A stretch of 64,000 bases of DNA from contig NC_043025.1 of the NCBI RefSeq assembly GCF_006345805.1, forward strand, positions 16,678,001-16,742,000, read 5' to 3'. Positions within the stretch are counted from its first letter, which is position 1, and each line of letters starts with the position of its first letter. A model generated the notes under the pieces. The model made no database searches, was not told the DNA's origin, and saw only the letters and a program-made list of their open reading frames with translations. The DNA is from Octopus sinensis. Lineage: Eukaryota. A program made the position numbers and the translations under genes. Shown piece after piece: positions 42,563-53,780 of this stretch.

Positions 42563-43171
42563 CTCCTCTCCACCATTCCCGTCATCCATCTGCGACGATA
42601 CTTCCATCGTAACTGCTATCCTGTCTTTTCTCGCCCGCCTTCTAAGGCTACTGGTCGACTTTCTTTCTCTCTCGTCGTCCACTATAATCCAGCGTTTGCA
42701 ATACTTTTTTCGTCTGGCGTTAACAGCCCTTCTTATCTTGTTCTCCTGTCCTGTCTCTCACTGTTATATATTTATTTTTCCACTGTTTATATATTTTTTT
42801 ACTGTTTATATGTTTGTACTGTCGTTACCGTCTTGCTTTTTTTACCCCTCTGCGAAAAGATCTCAGAATTTTAATTGATTTGCTTTTCGCAGGAAGGAAG
42901 TTTTCTTCGAAGTATACGTCTCGCTTTTATCCTTCGAAAGTTTAGTAGATGAACCTTAGCGACTGAAAAGGGGATTTTTTCGTTGTGCTATTGTCCTGTA
43001 TCTCTTTTTTTGCTGTCTGTTCTCTTGTTCCTTGGTTTGTGGTCTATGTTTTTCGTCTCTCTATGTGTTCGACGTCTTTTTGGTGTCCTGTACATATATG
43101 CGGTATATGTACATGTAGAGGTAGGTACGTCCATATATGTTTATATATTATGCATATGTTCTATTTTATTA

Positions 43172-43288
43172 ACATATATATATATATATAATATATCTAC
43201 ATATATATACATATATATATACATATATATTATATATATTAAATATATATATATAATATATAACATATATATACATATAACATATTAT

Positions 43289-43322
<34 letters not shown>
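43172..43322. repeat. (TA)n-rich microsatellite
   Basis: Direct reading. Confidence 0.95.
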
Positions 43323-43323
<1 letters not shown>

Positions 43324-43640
43324 GCAAAGAGTTCAGGCCATTTCTGATCAAGAGAGACTTTGAACCAAGCAGTCGTCGGCATCTTCACTATCTCGTCCGG
43401 CAGCTTATTCCACGGATCCGCAACCCGGACGGAGAAAGCTCCACTCCTTCGATTGAGATGAAATCGTCACAGATAGAGCTTTTCAGAGTGACCCCGCAGC
43501 TGACACTCTGGAGCAGGAGTGAAGAACAGCTCTTTCGAGAGGTTGCACTTTCTGCTTATGATGTTGTGAGGAAGAATGAGATCACCACGGCTGAGTCGTT
43601 TTTCTAGAGAATAAAGGTCGAGCATCTTCAGCCTTTCTGC
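43322..43640 (-). mobile_element. CR1-clade LINE ORF2 C-terminal fragment
   Basis: ERLKMLDLYSLEKRLSRGDLI...RGHSEKLYL*RFHLNRRSGAFSVRVADPWNKLPDEIV matches the CR1-type motif (L.L.SLE.RR.RGDLI, RGH..KL, F..RV...WN.LP). There is one in-frame stop. Confidence 0.88.
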
Positions 43641-43945
43641 TTGAGACAAAGAACCATGCTGGTAGAACTACGTCAAGAGTCTGCTTGTCTGTGGAGTACT
43701 CAGCCACTTGCATGTTCGTTTCATGAGAAGGCAGTTCTGTTGATTGTATCAACTGGAACCCTTGTTGTCACATCCAACGGAGTGCTTGTTTGATCCTTTC
43801 TTCCTGGCATAGAAAAATCTGCCTCAACAAATTCCTTCCAACCCATGAAAGTATGGAAAAGAGGACATTAAATTTCGAGAGAAAGAGAAGCAGGGTGACA
43901 GACAGACAGACAGAGATAAAGAGAGAGAGAAAGAGAGAGAGAGAA

Positions 43946-43981
<36 letters not shown>

Positions 43982-44068
43982 GACAATAGACAGTTAGAAT
44001 TGTTGAGAGTGAGAGAAGGTGAAAAGAAAACAACCATTGTTGTTGTTCTCGTTGTAGTCACTACTTAC

Positions 44069-44172
44069 GGGACAGAGTACCAACAACATCATCTGGAGTG
44101 GCCATACTGTAGCTTTCTTCTTGGAGTTTTCTGTAAAGCTGTTGAACAGCTCAAACATTTTATCACAGTAAT
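44069..44172 (-). CDS. NF1: Neurofibromin exon f (104 bp): (D)YCDKMFELFNSFTENSKKKATVWPLQMMLLVLCP
   Basis: Acceptor ctcttacag and donor gtaagt; phase 1 to 0. Matches the recalled human NF1 segment ECAEKLFDLVDGFAESTKRKAAVWPLQIILLILCP. Confidence 0.95.
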
Positions 44173-44339
44173 CTGTAAGAGATAACAAGAAGCAATCAAA
44201 AGCAACGAGAATTAAGACGCACAGACATTACAGAGCTGGGACGAGTGCGATTTCGTCAGTTTTAATATAGAGGTTTTATAGACACAAAGGTGTGCTTATA
44301 TCATTGTGGTTTTATAAACTTGTGTGTGTGTGTACTGCT

Positions 44340-44605
44340 AACTTGACTGGCTTCCGTGCAGGTGGCACGTAAGAAGCACCAACCGATTGTGACCGTTGCC
44401 AGCCTCCCCTGGCACCTGTGCCGGTAGCACATAAAAAGCACCCACTACACTCAGGGAGTGGTTGGTGTTAGGAAGGGCATCCAGCCGTAGAAACACTGCT
44501 AAATCAGACTGGGCCTGGTGCAGCCTCCTGGCTTCCCAGACCCCAGTTGAACCGTCCAACCCATGCTAGCATGGAAAACGGACGTTAAACGATGATGATG
44601 ATGAT
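44340..44605 (+). mobile_element. RTE 3'-end family copy with (GAT)n tail
   Basis: Same 3' terminal sequence as 2962-3377. Confidence 0.85.
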
Positions 44606-44671
44606 ATATATGTATGTATGTGTGTGTATATATATATATATATATATGCGCGCGTGTGTGCATATGTACAT

Positions 44672-45271
44672 CTCTCTTTTACTTGTTTCAGCCAGTTGAC
44701 TGCGGCCATGCTGGAGCACCGCCTTTAGTCAAGCAAATCGACCCCGGGACTTATTCTTTGTAAGCCCAGTACTTATTCTATCGATCTCTTTTGCCGAACC
44801 GCTAAGTGACGGGGACGTAAACACACCAGCATCAGTTGTCAAGCAATGCTAGGGGGACAAACACAAACACACATATATATACATATATACGACAGGCTTC
44901 TTTCAGTTTCTGTCAGTTTCAAGCAATGCTAGGGGTACAAACACAGACACACAAACACATACACACACATACACATATATACATACATACGACAGGCTTC
45001 TTTCAGTTTCCGTCTACCAAATCCACTCGCAAGGCATTGGTCGGCCCGGGGCTATAGCAGAAGACACTTGCCCAAGATGCCACGCAGTGGGACTGAACCC
45101 GGAACCATGTGGTTGGTAAACAAGCTACTTACCACACAGCCACCACACAAACACATACACACACATACATATATATATATATATACATATATACGACAGG
45201 CTTCTTTCAGTTTCCGTCTACCAAATCCACTCGCAAGGCATTGGTCGGCCCGGGGCTATAGCAGAAGACAC
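44672..45271 (-). mobile_element. tRNA-derived SINE family A with internal partial duplications
   Basis: Reverse complement of 46230-46651. The segment CGACAGGCTTCTTTCAGTTTC occurs three times. Confidence 0.85.
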
Positions 45272-45348
45272 ACATATATATATATAATTAATAAGTTTGG
45301 AAATGGTGAGGTTCAATGGATATAAATTAATGTATTAGTTAATTAACA

Positions 45349-45437
45349 TTGCCTACAATTGTTTCACTTCACACCCAATTTAAATTGTAAATCATATATA
45401 ATGATATAAGTTTACATTTCGAGTCCCTTCAGGGCAA
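45349..45437 (-). ncRNA. Degenerate minimal type I hammerhead ribozyme (Penelope-type)
   Basis: Minus strand: TTGCC-CTGAAGG-[long helix II]-GAAAC-AATT-GTA-GGCAA. Helix I is TTGCC/GGCAA and helix III is palindromic. The core is variant (A9 to G) and the base of helix II is weak. Confidence 0.65.
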
Positions 45438-45629
45438 AATGGATATTACAGAGTTTACATTTTGATCAATTGAAATACACCAGTAGATTAAGCAGATGGA
45501 ATATACTTGCTGAAGAAATATCTCTTCAAACTGTAATATATTAAACCAGGGAATCTTGGATAAAACTATCCGCATAAAAGGTTTAGATATCCTCATAGTG
45601 AATGATAAAAAAAAAAAACTAATTCATAC

Positions 45630-45683
<54 letters not shown>

Positions 45684-45858
45684 TCTCCTCCGTATAGAAG
45701 ACACTTTGTAGTGCTCAAAAAAGATTCAGACTTAGACTTTGATGTCTTTAAAGGGGATTGGTTCCACAAGGCAAAGAAAGGCTATAAAAGGGAACAAGTT
45801 GAGTGGGTATAGAAGCAATTATGCGGATAAAACAAATTAGACACAACAAGCATATTAA

Positions 45859-46080
45859 CCCTTTCGATACCAACCCGGCTGAAACTGGCTCTGGCCCTGT
45901 AGTACAAATATCTTGTTTTCATAAGTTTTGAATTAAAATCTTCCACCAAACCTTAGTCACAATTTATGTTCCTAACACTAGCTGAATGGTAACTAAGTTA
46001 TTTTACTAAATTCTTTGTTATATTTAAAATTAATTGAAAGAAACACAGAACATCTCAACAGAAATATGATAACAAAAGGG
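45859..46080 (+). mobile_element. piggyBac-type MITE family A (222 bp)
   Basis: TTAA|CCCTTT...AAAGGG|TTAA. Further copies at 52864-53081 and 59257-59477. Confidence 0.88.
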
Positions 46081-46229
46081 TTAAATATAAACCCAAACTA
46101 ATATATTTAATATATTTGATGGATCTAATTTGTTTATCCACATAATTGCTTATGTATACATATACTCTTTACTCTTTTACTTGTTTCAGTCATTTGACTG
46201 CAGCCACACACATATATATAAAATGATTA

Positions 46230-46418
46230 GGCGCAGGAGTGGCTGTGTGGTAGGTAGCTTGTTTACCAACCGCATGGTTCCGGGTTCAGTCCTACTGCAT
46301 GGCACCTTGGGCAAGTGTCTTCTGCTATAGCCCCGGGCCGACCAATGCCTTGTGAGTGGATTTGGTAGACGGAAACTGAAAGAAGCCTGTCGTATATATG
46401 TGTGTGTGTATATATATG

Positions 46419-46451
<33 letters not shown>

Positions 46452-46651
46452 TTGTGTTTGTCCCCCTAGCATTGCTTGACAACCGATGCTGGTGTGTTTA
46501 CATCCCCGTCACTTAGCGGTTCGGCAAAAGAGATCGATAGAATAAGTACTGGGCTTGCAAAGAATAAGTCCCGGGGTCACTTTGCTCGACTAAAGGCGGT
46601 GCTCCAGCATGGCTGCAGTCAAATGACTGAAACAAGTAAAAGAGTAAAGAG
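46230..46651 (+). mobile_element. tRNA-derived SINE family A, full length
   Basis: Head GGCGCAGGAGTGGCTGTGTGGTA (A box) and GGTTCAGTCC (B-box-like), then CCTTGGGCAAGT core-like motif, an internal (TA/TG)n and a 3' part ending AAACAAGTAAAAGAG. Multiple copies in the window. Confidence 0.88.
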
Positions 46652-46699
46652 AATATATATATATTATATATATATATATCTACATATATATAAAATCAA

Positions 46700-47162
46700 A
46701 TTCGATGACTAGCATCCGTACAAGTGGAGTGCTAAGAGCACCATCCGAGCATGATTGTTACCAGAGCATCTAACTAGCTTCTGTGCCGGTGGCACGTAAA
46801 AGGCACCATTCGAACGTGATCGTTACCAGCATTACTTTACTGGTACTTGTGCCGGTGGCACATGAAAAAACATTCAAGCGAGGTCGTTGCCAGTGCTGCT
46901 AGGCTGACTCCTGTGCAGGTGGCACATAAAAAATACCAATTGAGCGTGGTGTTGCCAGTACCGCCTAACTGGCCCTCATGCCAGTGGAACGTAAAAGCAC
47001 CCACTACACTCCTGGAGTGGTTGGCGTTAGGAAGGGCATCCAGCTGTAGAAACTCTGCTAGATCAGACTGGAGCCTGGTGCAACCATCTGGCTTGCCAGT
47101 CCTCAGTCAAATCTTCCAACCCATGCTAGCATGGAAAGCGGATGTTAAACAATGATGATGAT
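46700..47162 (+). mobile_element. RTE 3'-end family copy with degenerate ~60-bp repeats
   Basis: GGTGGCACGTAAAAG repeats, shared 3' end and (GAT)n tail. Confidence 0.82.
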
Positions 47163-47192
47163 ATATATATATATATATATAAGATCTGTAAA

Positions 47193-47238
47193 CCACCTGA
47201 TGAATGTCCTTAGAAGAGACACGAAACAATTGTAGTGG
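47193..47238 (+). ncRNA. Minimal type I hammerhead ribozyme (Penelope-type)
   Basis: CCAC-CTGATGA-aTGTC(cttagaaga)GACAc-GAAAC-AATT-GTA-GTGG. Helix I is CCAC/GTGG, both core boxes are intact, and the cleavage triplet is GUA. The first helix II pair is an A-C mismatch. It lies in a ~160-bp insert between (TA)n tracts. Confidence 0.82.
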
Positions 47239-47421
47239 CGAATTTAATTTTATTTAATTTATATAAAATTTTTTATGTATTGGATTAAGTCTTTCTTTGT
47301 TTGATTTGCATAATAGTGGTTTTGTCTCTAATTAATATTATATATATATATATATATCATCATCGTTTATCGTCCGTTCTCCATGCTAGCATGGGTTGGA
47401 CGGTTCGACCGGGGATCTGGG

Positions 47422-48175
47422 ATACATATATGTACAAGCATACATATATATGTACACACATATATATATACACACACATATATATGTACCCACATACATA
47501 TATACACACACATATATATGTACCCACATACATATATACACACATACATATATATATATATATATATGTACACAATACATATATATATATGTATACACAT
47601 ACATATATACACACATACATATATATATACACAAATACATACATATATATACATATACAGGGTACGGTTGAAATACCTGCCACATTTGAAAAGTTGACAA
47701 AAGGAAAAAGAAACAACATTTATGAAAAATTAATTTTACTGTTGTTTAAACAAAAGGTTACAGTTTTTGATCATTAGCTAAATGAAAACATCATTGGCAC
47801 TTGCATAAGTTCATTGACACACCCTGTACATACATACATACATGCATGCATGCATAAATATATATATATATATATATATTACACACACACATACATATAT
47901 ATATATATACATATACACATAAATAAATATATGTACATACACACATATATATATACATATATATATTTATATATACATACATACATATATATATATACAT
48001 ATACACATAAATAAATATATGTACATACACACATATATATATACATATATATATATACATACATACATATATATATATATATACATATACACATAAATAA
48101 ATATATGTACATACACATATATATATTTATATATACATACATACATATATATATATATATACACATACATATACA

Positions 48176-48216
<41 letters not shown>

Positions 48217-48223
48217 ATATACA

Positions 48224-48270
<47 letters not shown>

Positions 48271-48441
48271 TATACACATACATATACTCATATATATATA
48301 TACACACACACATATATATATACACACACACACACATATACATATATATATATACACACACATATATATATATACACACACACACATATACATATATACA
48401 CACACACACACACATACATATATATACATATACACACACAC
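47422..48441. repeat. Compound (TA)/(CA)/(TACA) microsatellite
   Basis: Direct reading; source of the many I/Y/H/T-rich pseudo-ORFs. Confidence 0.95.
47658..47826. mobile_element. Possible Tc1/mariner-type remnant
   Basis: TA|CAGGGT...ACCCTG|TA, but only 6 bp of terminal match. Confidence 0.4.
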
Positions 48442-48837
48442 AGTGTTTAATTGCATTTGGGTTGGTCATGTGATGAGAATGGATGCAGATGACTGCATAA
48501 AGGAATGGCAATCAGTCCAAGTGGATGAAACTTGTGGAAGACAAGAGATAAAGTATTGAAGGACAGCCTCAGGACACTGGACTTTATGGAGGTGATGACA
48601 AAGAACTGAGATATTTGGAGTCTTGCTGGACTCAAGGGGACTCATCCTACATAGTAAAAGTATTAATGCCAGGGCCCCTGCTTAAGAGGATATACCTGGA
48701 AGAGCACTGTGCCAGTGGCACCTGAAAGGCACCTATCCCAGTGCCACAGAAAAGACATCCAGCACACTCTGTAAAGTGGTTGGCGTTTGGAAGGGCATCC
48801 AGCCCTAGAAACCACATCAAGTGAGACTGGAACCTGG

Positions 48838-49337
48838 AGATCTTTTCCTTTTGAACGGCACACAATTTCTAATTAACTAAACACTTTAAAACTTCATATA
48901 CTGCTCTTGGCTTTCTTGATAAAATTGTAATTCGTTTGTTTAACATAGTTTAATTTCTCGAATTTTAACCAATGAATCGCCTCTAATTGAGCTAAAATCA
49001 TTTGCTGCGTTTAAAACTGAGACAACATCCTGTCACTAATCCTAACACTAAATTTTTTTTCTTAATTGTTAAATTAATTAGGGTTAGGGTTAGTGACAGG
49101 ATGTTGTCTCAGTTTTAGACGCAGCAAATGATTTTAGTTGAATGGAGGTAATCGATTGGTTAAAATTGCCGAAATGCTCGAAATTTCAGACGAAATATCT
49201 TACAAACTATGGAATTTTCTCAATAAAACCAAGAGAAAATGATGTTTTATAAACACATTCTACCAGTATACAAAGTTTAAAAGTGTTTAGTTAACTAGAA
49301 ATTATGTTACAAAGTGCCGTTCAAAAGGAAAAGATCC
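48838..49337. mobile_element. 500-bp foldback DNA element with 8-bp TSD, inserted in an RTE 3'-end copy
   Basis: Termini AGATCTTTTCCTTTTGAACGGCAC / GTGCCGTTCAAAAGGAAAAGATCC, with symmetry continuing almost to the centre. TSD GAACCTGG (48830-48837) / GAACATGG (49338-49345). Confidence 0.88.
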
Positions 49338-49852
49338 GAACATGGTGCAGTCTCCTGCTTTCCAGCTCTGATCAAACTGTCCAACCCATGCCAGCATGGA
49401 AAACAGATGTTAAAGGTTGATGGTTTGTTTTTATCATCATCATCAATCAATATCCAATGTGCCATGCTAGCATGGGTTGGATGGGTTGACAGGATCCCAT
49501 ACACCAATGAACCATATCATGCTTCAGTACACCATGATCATGAACAATATACCATGTTGTATAGTGAACATACAATAGTGAACAGCACGTCATGTTATAT
49601 AGTGAACAACACACCATATTCTGTATGGTGAACATACCATATTGAACAGTATATAGGTAATGTTATACAGTGGAGAGTGATGTCATATCTTTGAACAGGA
49701 TGAATTCAAGACAGTGAACAACCCAACTGTTGTATACACCATATTGTAGACCTATCAAACTCTTAGATGTTGAACAGATGCTGAGACAATGATGATGAGG
49801 AGGATAATGATAGCAACAATTATGATGATAATGACATGATAATTATGATGAT

Positions 49853-50180
49853 GATCATCATCATCATTTAGCATCCGCTTTCCATGCTGGCATGGGTTGG
49901 ATGGTTCAACTGCGGTCTGGGAAGCCGGGAGGCTGCACCAGGCCCAGTCTGATCTGGCAATGTTTCTACGGCTGGATGCCCTTCCTAACGCCAACCACTC
50001 TGTGAATGTAGTGGGTGCTTTTTACGTGCCACCAGCACAAGTGCTAGACGGGGCTGGCAAACGGCCACAGTCGGATGGTGCTTTTTACGTGACACCGGCA
50101 GGGGGGCCAGGTGAGGCTGGCAATGGCCACAATCGGATGGTGCTTTTTACGTGCCACGGCACGAAGGCCAGTCGGGCAAT
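49853..50180 (-). mobile_element. RTE 3'-end family copy
   Basis: (TCA)n followed by TTTAGCATCCGCTTTCCATGCTGGCATGGGTTGGA..., matching 3803-4100. Confidence 0.85.
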
Positions 50181-50454
50181 GATAATGATGAAGAGAGTCC
50201 AACACCACCATCATCATCTAATGTCCACTTTTCTATGGCTTGAACTAGTCAGACAGAATTTTCCCAGGCAGATTTTCTATGCCTGGGTGCCCTTCCTGTC
50301 ACAAACCCTCACCTGTTTCAAAGCAAGGTAATACCTCTGCATGGCCAGACATAGAAAACTGGAAAGAGATATTGCTTGTCTGACAGTGACCCTTCGCATA
50401 CAACCTTTACATGTCAAGACAAGGGTACACTCAAAATACATATATATACATATA

Positions 50455-51017
50455 TACAATGGGCTTCTTTCAGTTTCCGCCTACCAAATCCATTGACAAG
50501 GTTTTGGTTGGCCAAAGGCTATAATAGGAGATGTGGAGGCACAATGGCCCAGTGGTTAGGGCAGCGGACTCGCGGTCGTAGGATTGTGGTTTCGATTCCC
50601 AAACTGGGCATTGTGAGTGTTTATTGAGCGAAAACACCTAAAGCTCCCCGAGGCTCCGGCAGGGATGGTGGTGATCCCTCCTGTACTCTTTCACCACAAC
50701 TTTCTCTCACTCTTACTTCCTGTTTCTGTTGTACCTGTATTTCAAAGGGCCGGCCTTGTCATTCTCTGTGTCACGCTGAATATCCCCGAGAACTACGTTA
50801 AGGGTACACGTGTCTGTGGAGTGCTAAGCCACTTACACGTTAATTTCACGAGCAGGCTGTTCCGTTGATTCGGATCAACCGGAACCCTCGTCGTCGTAAC
50901 CGACGGAGTGCTTCCTCTAATAGGAGATATTTCAAGATGATACACAGTGGGACTGAACCCGAGACAACATGGTTAGGAAGCCGGCTTCTCAACCTTCTAA
51001 CCAACACAGCCACACCT
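50455..51017 (-). mobile_element. SINE family A 5' half, split by a family B insertion
   Basis: GCTTCTTTCAGTTTCCG...GGCTAT | insertion | ...CAGTGGGACTGAACCC...CACAGCCAC. Confidence 0.75.
50533..50917 (+). mobile_element. tRNA-derived SINE family B, full length, 11-bp TSD
   Basis: A box TGGCCCAGTGG and B box GGTTTCGATTCC. TSD TAATAGGAGAT at 50522-50532 and 50918-50928. Confidence 0.92.
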
Positions 51018-51019
51018 GT

Positions 51020-51300
51020 AGATGATAATAATGGTGTTAACAATCGTTATAATGGCAAAGTGAGAAACGATAACAACGATGACAGCAATGATGATAACGA
51101 CAACGACGGTGATAATGGCGATGATAATGGTGATGACAACGGCAATGACAAAAGTGATGATGGCGATGACAACGGCGACGATGATGCAAATGATGATGAT
51201 AATAATAAACAACAATGATGGCAGCAACAACAACAACAATAATAATAATAATGATGATGGTGACGATGATGATGATGAAGATGATGATGACGATGATGAA
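51020..51300. repeat. Degenerate (GAT/AAT/CAA)n trinucleotide tract
   Basis: Direct reading. Confidence 0.9.
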
Positions 51301-51314
51301 AACAAAGGCCTCAC

Positions 51315-51390
51315 CTTGTAATTCGCTGTCTGGTTTCTGGTGTAAATTATTAAATTCATGTGGGTAATTGTCCATCCAATTCCAGATAGC
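51315..51390 (-). CDS. NF1: Neurofibromin exon e (76 bp): AIWNWMDNYPHEFNNLHQKPDSELQ
   Basis: Acceptor tatttccag and donor gtgagg; phase 0 to 1. Matches the recalled human segment AFWNWVENYPDEFTKLYQIPQTDMA. Confidence 0.96.
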
Positions 51391-52391
51391 CTGGAAATAC
51401 AAAACCAAAATTCATTACGATTCCTTATAAACCACTGAGCCCGACCACGACCTACACTAGGAATCCTCCACAACAGCGTTTTCTGACCCGTCCTCATGAT
51501 CACCACCACAGAATGACAACTGGAATCAGTTAGGATCACCAACTTAAAAGTTTTCCTTAAGTAGGGAATTCCTGAAAGGTAGAGAAGCGTTAATCCGAAT
51601 CCCCTGCTCCCACCAACCCGACCCCTATTTTCTTCATGACCCAGTGGTTAGGGTTTCATACTCATAACTGCAAGATTGTGGTTTCAGTCCCCAGACTAGG
51701 CAATGCATTATGTTCTTCATTTCATGCTGCTCCAGTGCATTCAGCTGTAAATGAGTTACCCTGTGACAGACTAGCATCCTATCCAGGGGGAATGTTGTGA
51801 ACCTGGCTGCTCGAATGCCATTGAAACCAGGTAACTGGCCCTATGAGTCCCAAGACTCTGACCAGGGGTTCATGACGATGATGACGACAATGATCTTACA
51901 CCCCAACCACTGTTAGGAATTATTGTTCTTCATGGCCACACAACATGCTAGAAATAGAAACTAAATATCCTCAAATACACACACATATAGGTCGGTCCTG
52001 AAATCTAGAACTCATGAGGCCAGAGCTTAACATGATTTCCATGGAGCATAAGTGACAAATTCAACACCACCCCAGGATGGAATGCCAATCCCTCATAGAG
52101 TTAACTTCCCAACTATTTTTGGAACTCATTTAATATACTACCTGGACTGGGGATTGAAACAACGATCTTACACTAACCATCAGGCCATCTGTCTCTACAG
52201 ACTTCACATTACTGCTTAACCCTTACTCTGTCAAATTTGACCCTTTTAGCATTTAAACCAGCCATATCCGGCCGAAATATTCTTCTTGTTTTCTGTTCAA
52301 ATTGCCCAGATCCAGTCTCTTACACAGAACCTACAATGTTATTCTTAAAAATGAACAATCGCATCATTGAAACCTGGAAGCTACATGTTTA

Positions 52392-52800
52392 CATGAAAGG
52401 CTGAAGACGCTCGACCTTTATTCTCTGGAAAAACTACGCCACGGTGATCTCATTCTCACTCACAACATCATAAGCAGAAAGTGTAACCTCTCGAAAGAGC
52501 TGTTCTTCACTCCTGCTCCAGAGTGTGGGCTGCGGGGTTCACTCCGAAAAGCTCTATCTATGACGATTTCATCTCAATCGAAGGAGAGGGGCTTTCTCCG
52601 TCCGGGTTGCAGATCCGTGGAATAAGCTGCCAGACGAGATAGTGAAGATGCCGACGACCGCTCGGTTCAAAGTCTCTCTTGACCAGAAATGGCCTGAACT
52701 CTTTGCATGAACACCCTCCCTGTACATAACTCCCTGTCCCCCTACATGGCCTTGCTTTTGCTTTTTGAGCCAATCAAAATTGAATTGAATTGAATTGAAT
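52392..52800 (+). mobile_element. CR1-clade LINE 3' fragment with 3' UTR and (TTGAA)n tail
   Basis: Closely similar to 43322-43640 in the opposite orientation. The ORF ends ...DQKWPELFA*, and a candidate TSD ATGTTTA lies at 52385-52391 and 52799-52805. Confidence 0.88.
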
Positions 52801-52863
52801 GTTTAATTCAAAAGAACATGAGTTAATAAGGAGAACATCTGACACAATAATCTGAATGCTTAA

Positions 52864-53081
52864 CCCTTTTGCTACCATATTTCTGCTGAGATGCTCTGTG
52901 TTTCTTTCAATTAATTCTAAATATAACAAAGTCTTTAGTAAAATAACTTAGTTATCATTAAGCTAGTGTTAAGAACAGAAATTGTGACTAAGGTTTGGTA
53001 GATTTTAATTCAGGACTTTTGCAAACGTGATATTTGTGCTCAGGGCCAGAGATGGTTTCAGCCAGGTTAGTATCAAAAGGG
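52864..53081 (-). mobile_element. piggyBac-type MITE family A
   Basis: TTAA|CCCTTTT...AAAAGGG|TTAA; reverse complement of 45859-46080. Confidence 0.87.
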
Positions 53082-53780
53082 TTAAGGGTTATTTCTTTAC
53101 ATTGTTTCCAATTAATCATGGATTATCTCATAGTTTCAAGATTTCAATGATGTGATCGAATATTTTTCGAATGACATTGTAGGTGAGGCACAAGAGGCCA
53201 GATTAGGCCGGTTCTGTCATAAAACACTTGGAATATTTTGGTTAGATGCGGCCCGTTTAAATGCTAAATGGGTCAAAGACAAAAAAGGGAAGCCCATATT
53301 GTGTAATGTGGTCCCTGTTAGCCTTAGCTCACATTCCTAATCCAGCCAACTATGATTAATGATGTTCCACTTATGAGCATTTCATCTATTTTTGAAGTAT
53401 AGGGTAACTAGGACTACATAATCTGATGTGTCCTTCCTTTTCTAACATAATCAAGTGTAATTTGAAGGAGATTTGGTTGCTGTTTCTAGCAGTTTGAACA
53501 ATCACATAGGTAGGTACATAGGTAAGTGGAGTAAGTAGTTAAAAAGCTAGGTAGGTAGGTAGGTAGATGCATAGGTGGGAAGGTAGGTAGGAGGATAAGT
53601 GGGTAGGTAGGTGGGTAGTTGGGGAGTTTATAAACAAACTAAAGCCAATCAAAACTAGGTATGAGTCATGGAATTGAAAGGTGGGTTGAACCAGAGACAA
53701 CTACACCATGTAGAGGGACAGCAATGGTATTATTACAGAGGGTACTTATGGACAGAGGTGGTATTGAGAGGGTGTATATA

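Larger units (their letters stand above)
52220..53275. mobile_element. Nested piggyBac-type MITE family B copies (outer ~52220-53273, inner inverted ~52241-53088)
   Basis: CCCTTTTAGCATTTAAACC... and ...GTTTAAATGCTAAATGGG termini; homology to 59818-60248 and 60018-60228. Confidence 0.65.

Noticed and set aside
42407-42682. ORFs spanning the N run
   Set aside because: Artefacts of translating through a gap.
47301-48511. Overlapping I/Y/H/T/V/C-rich ORFs
   Set aside because: Dinucleotide microsatellite translations.
50533-50610. tRNA gene
   Set aside because: The tRNA-like head has A/B boxes but continues into a repeated body with a TSD, so it is a SINE.
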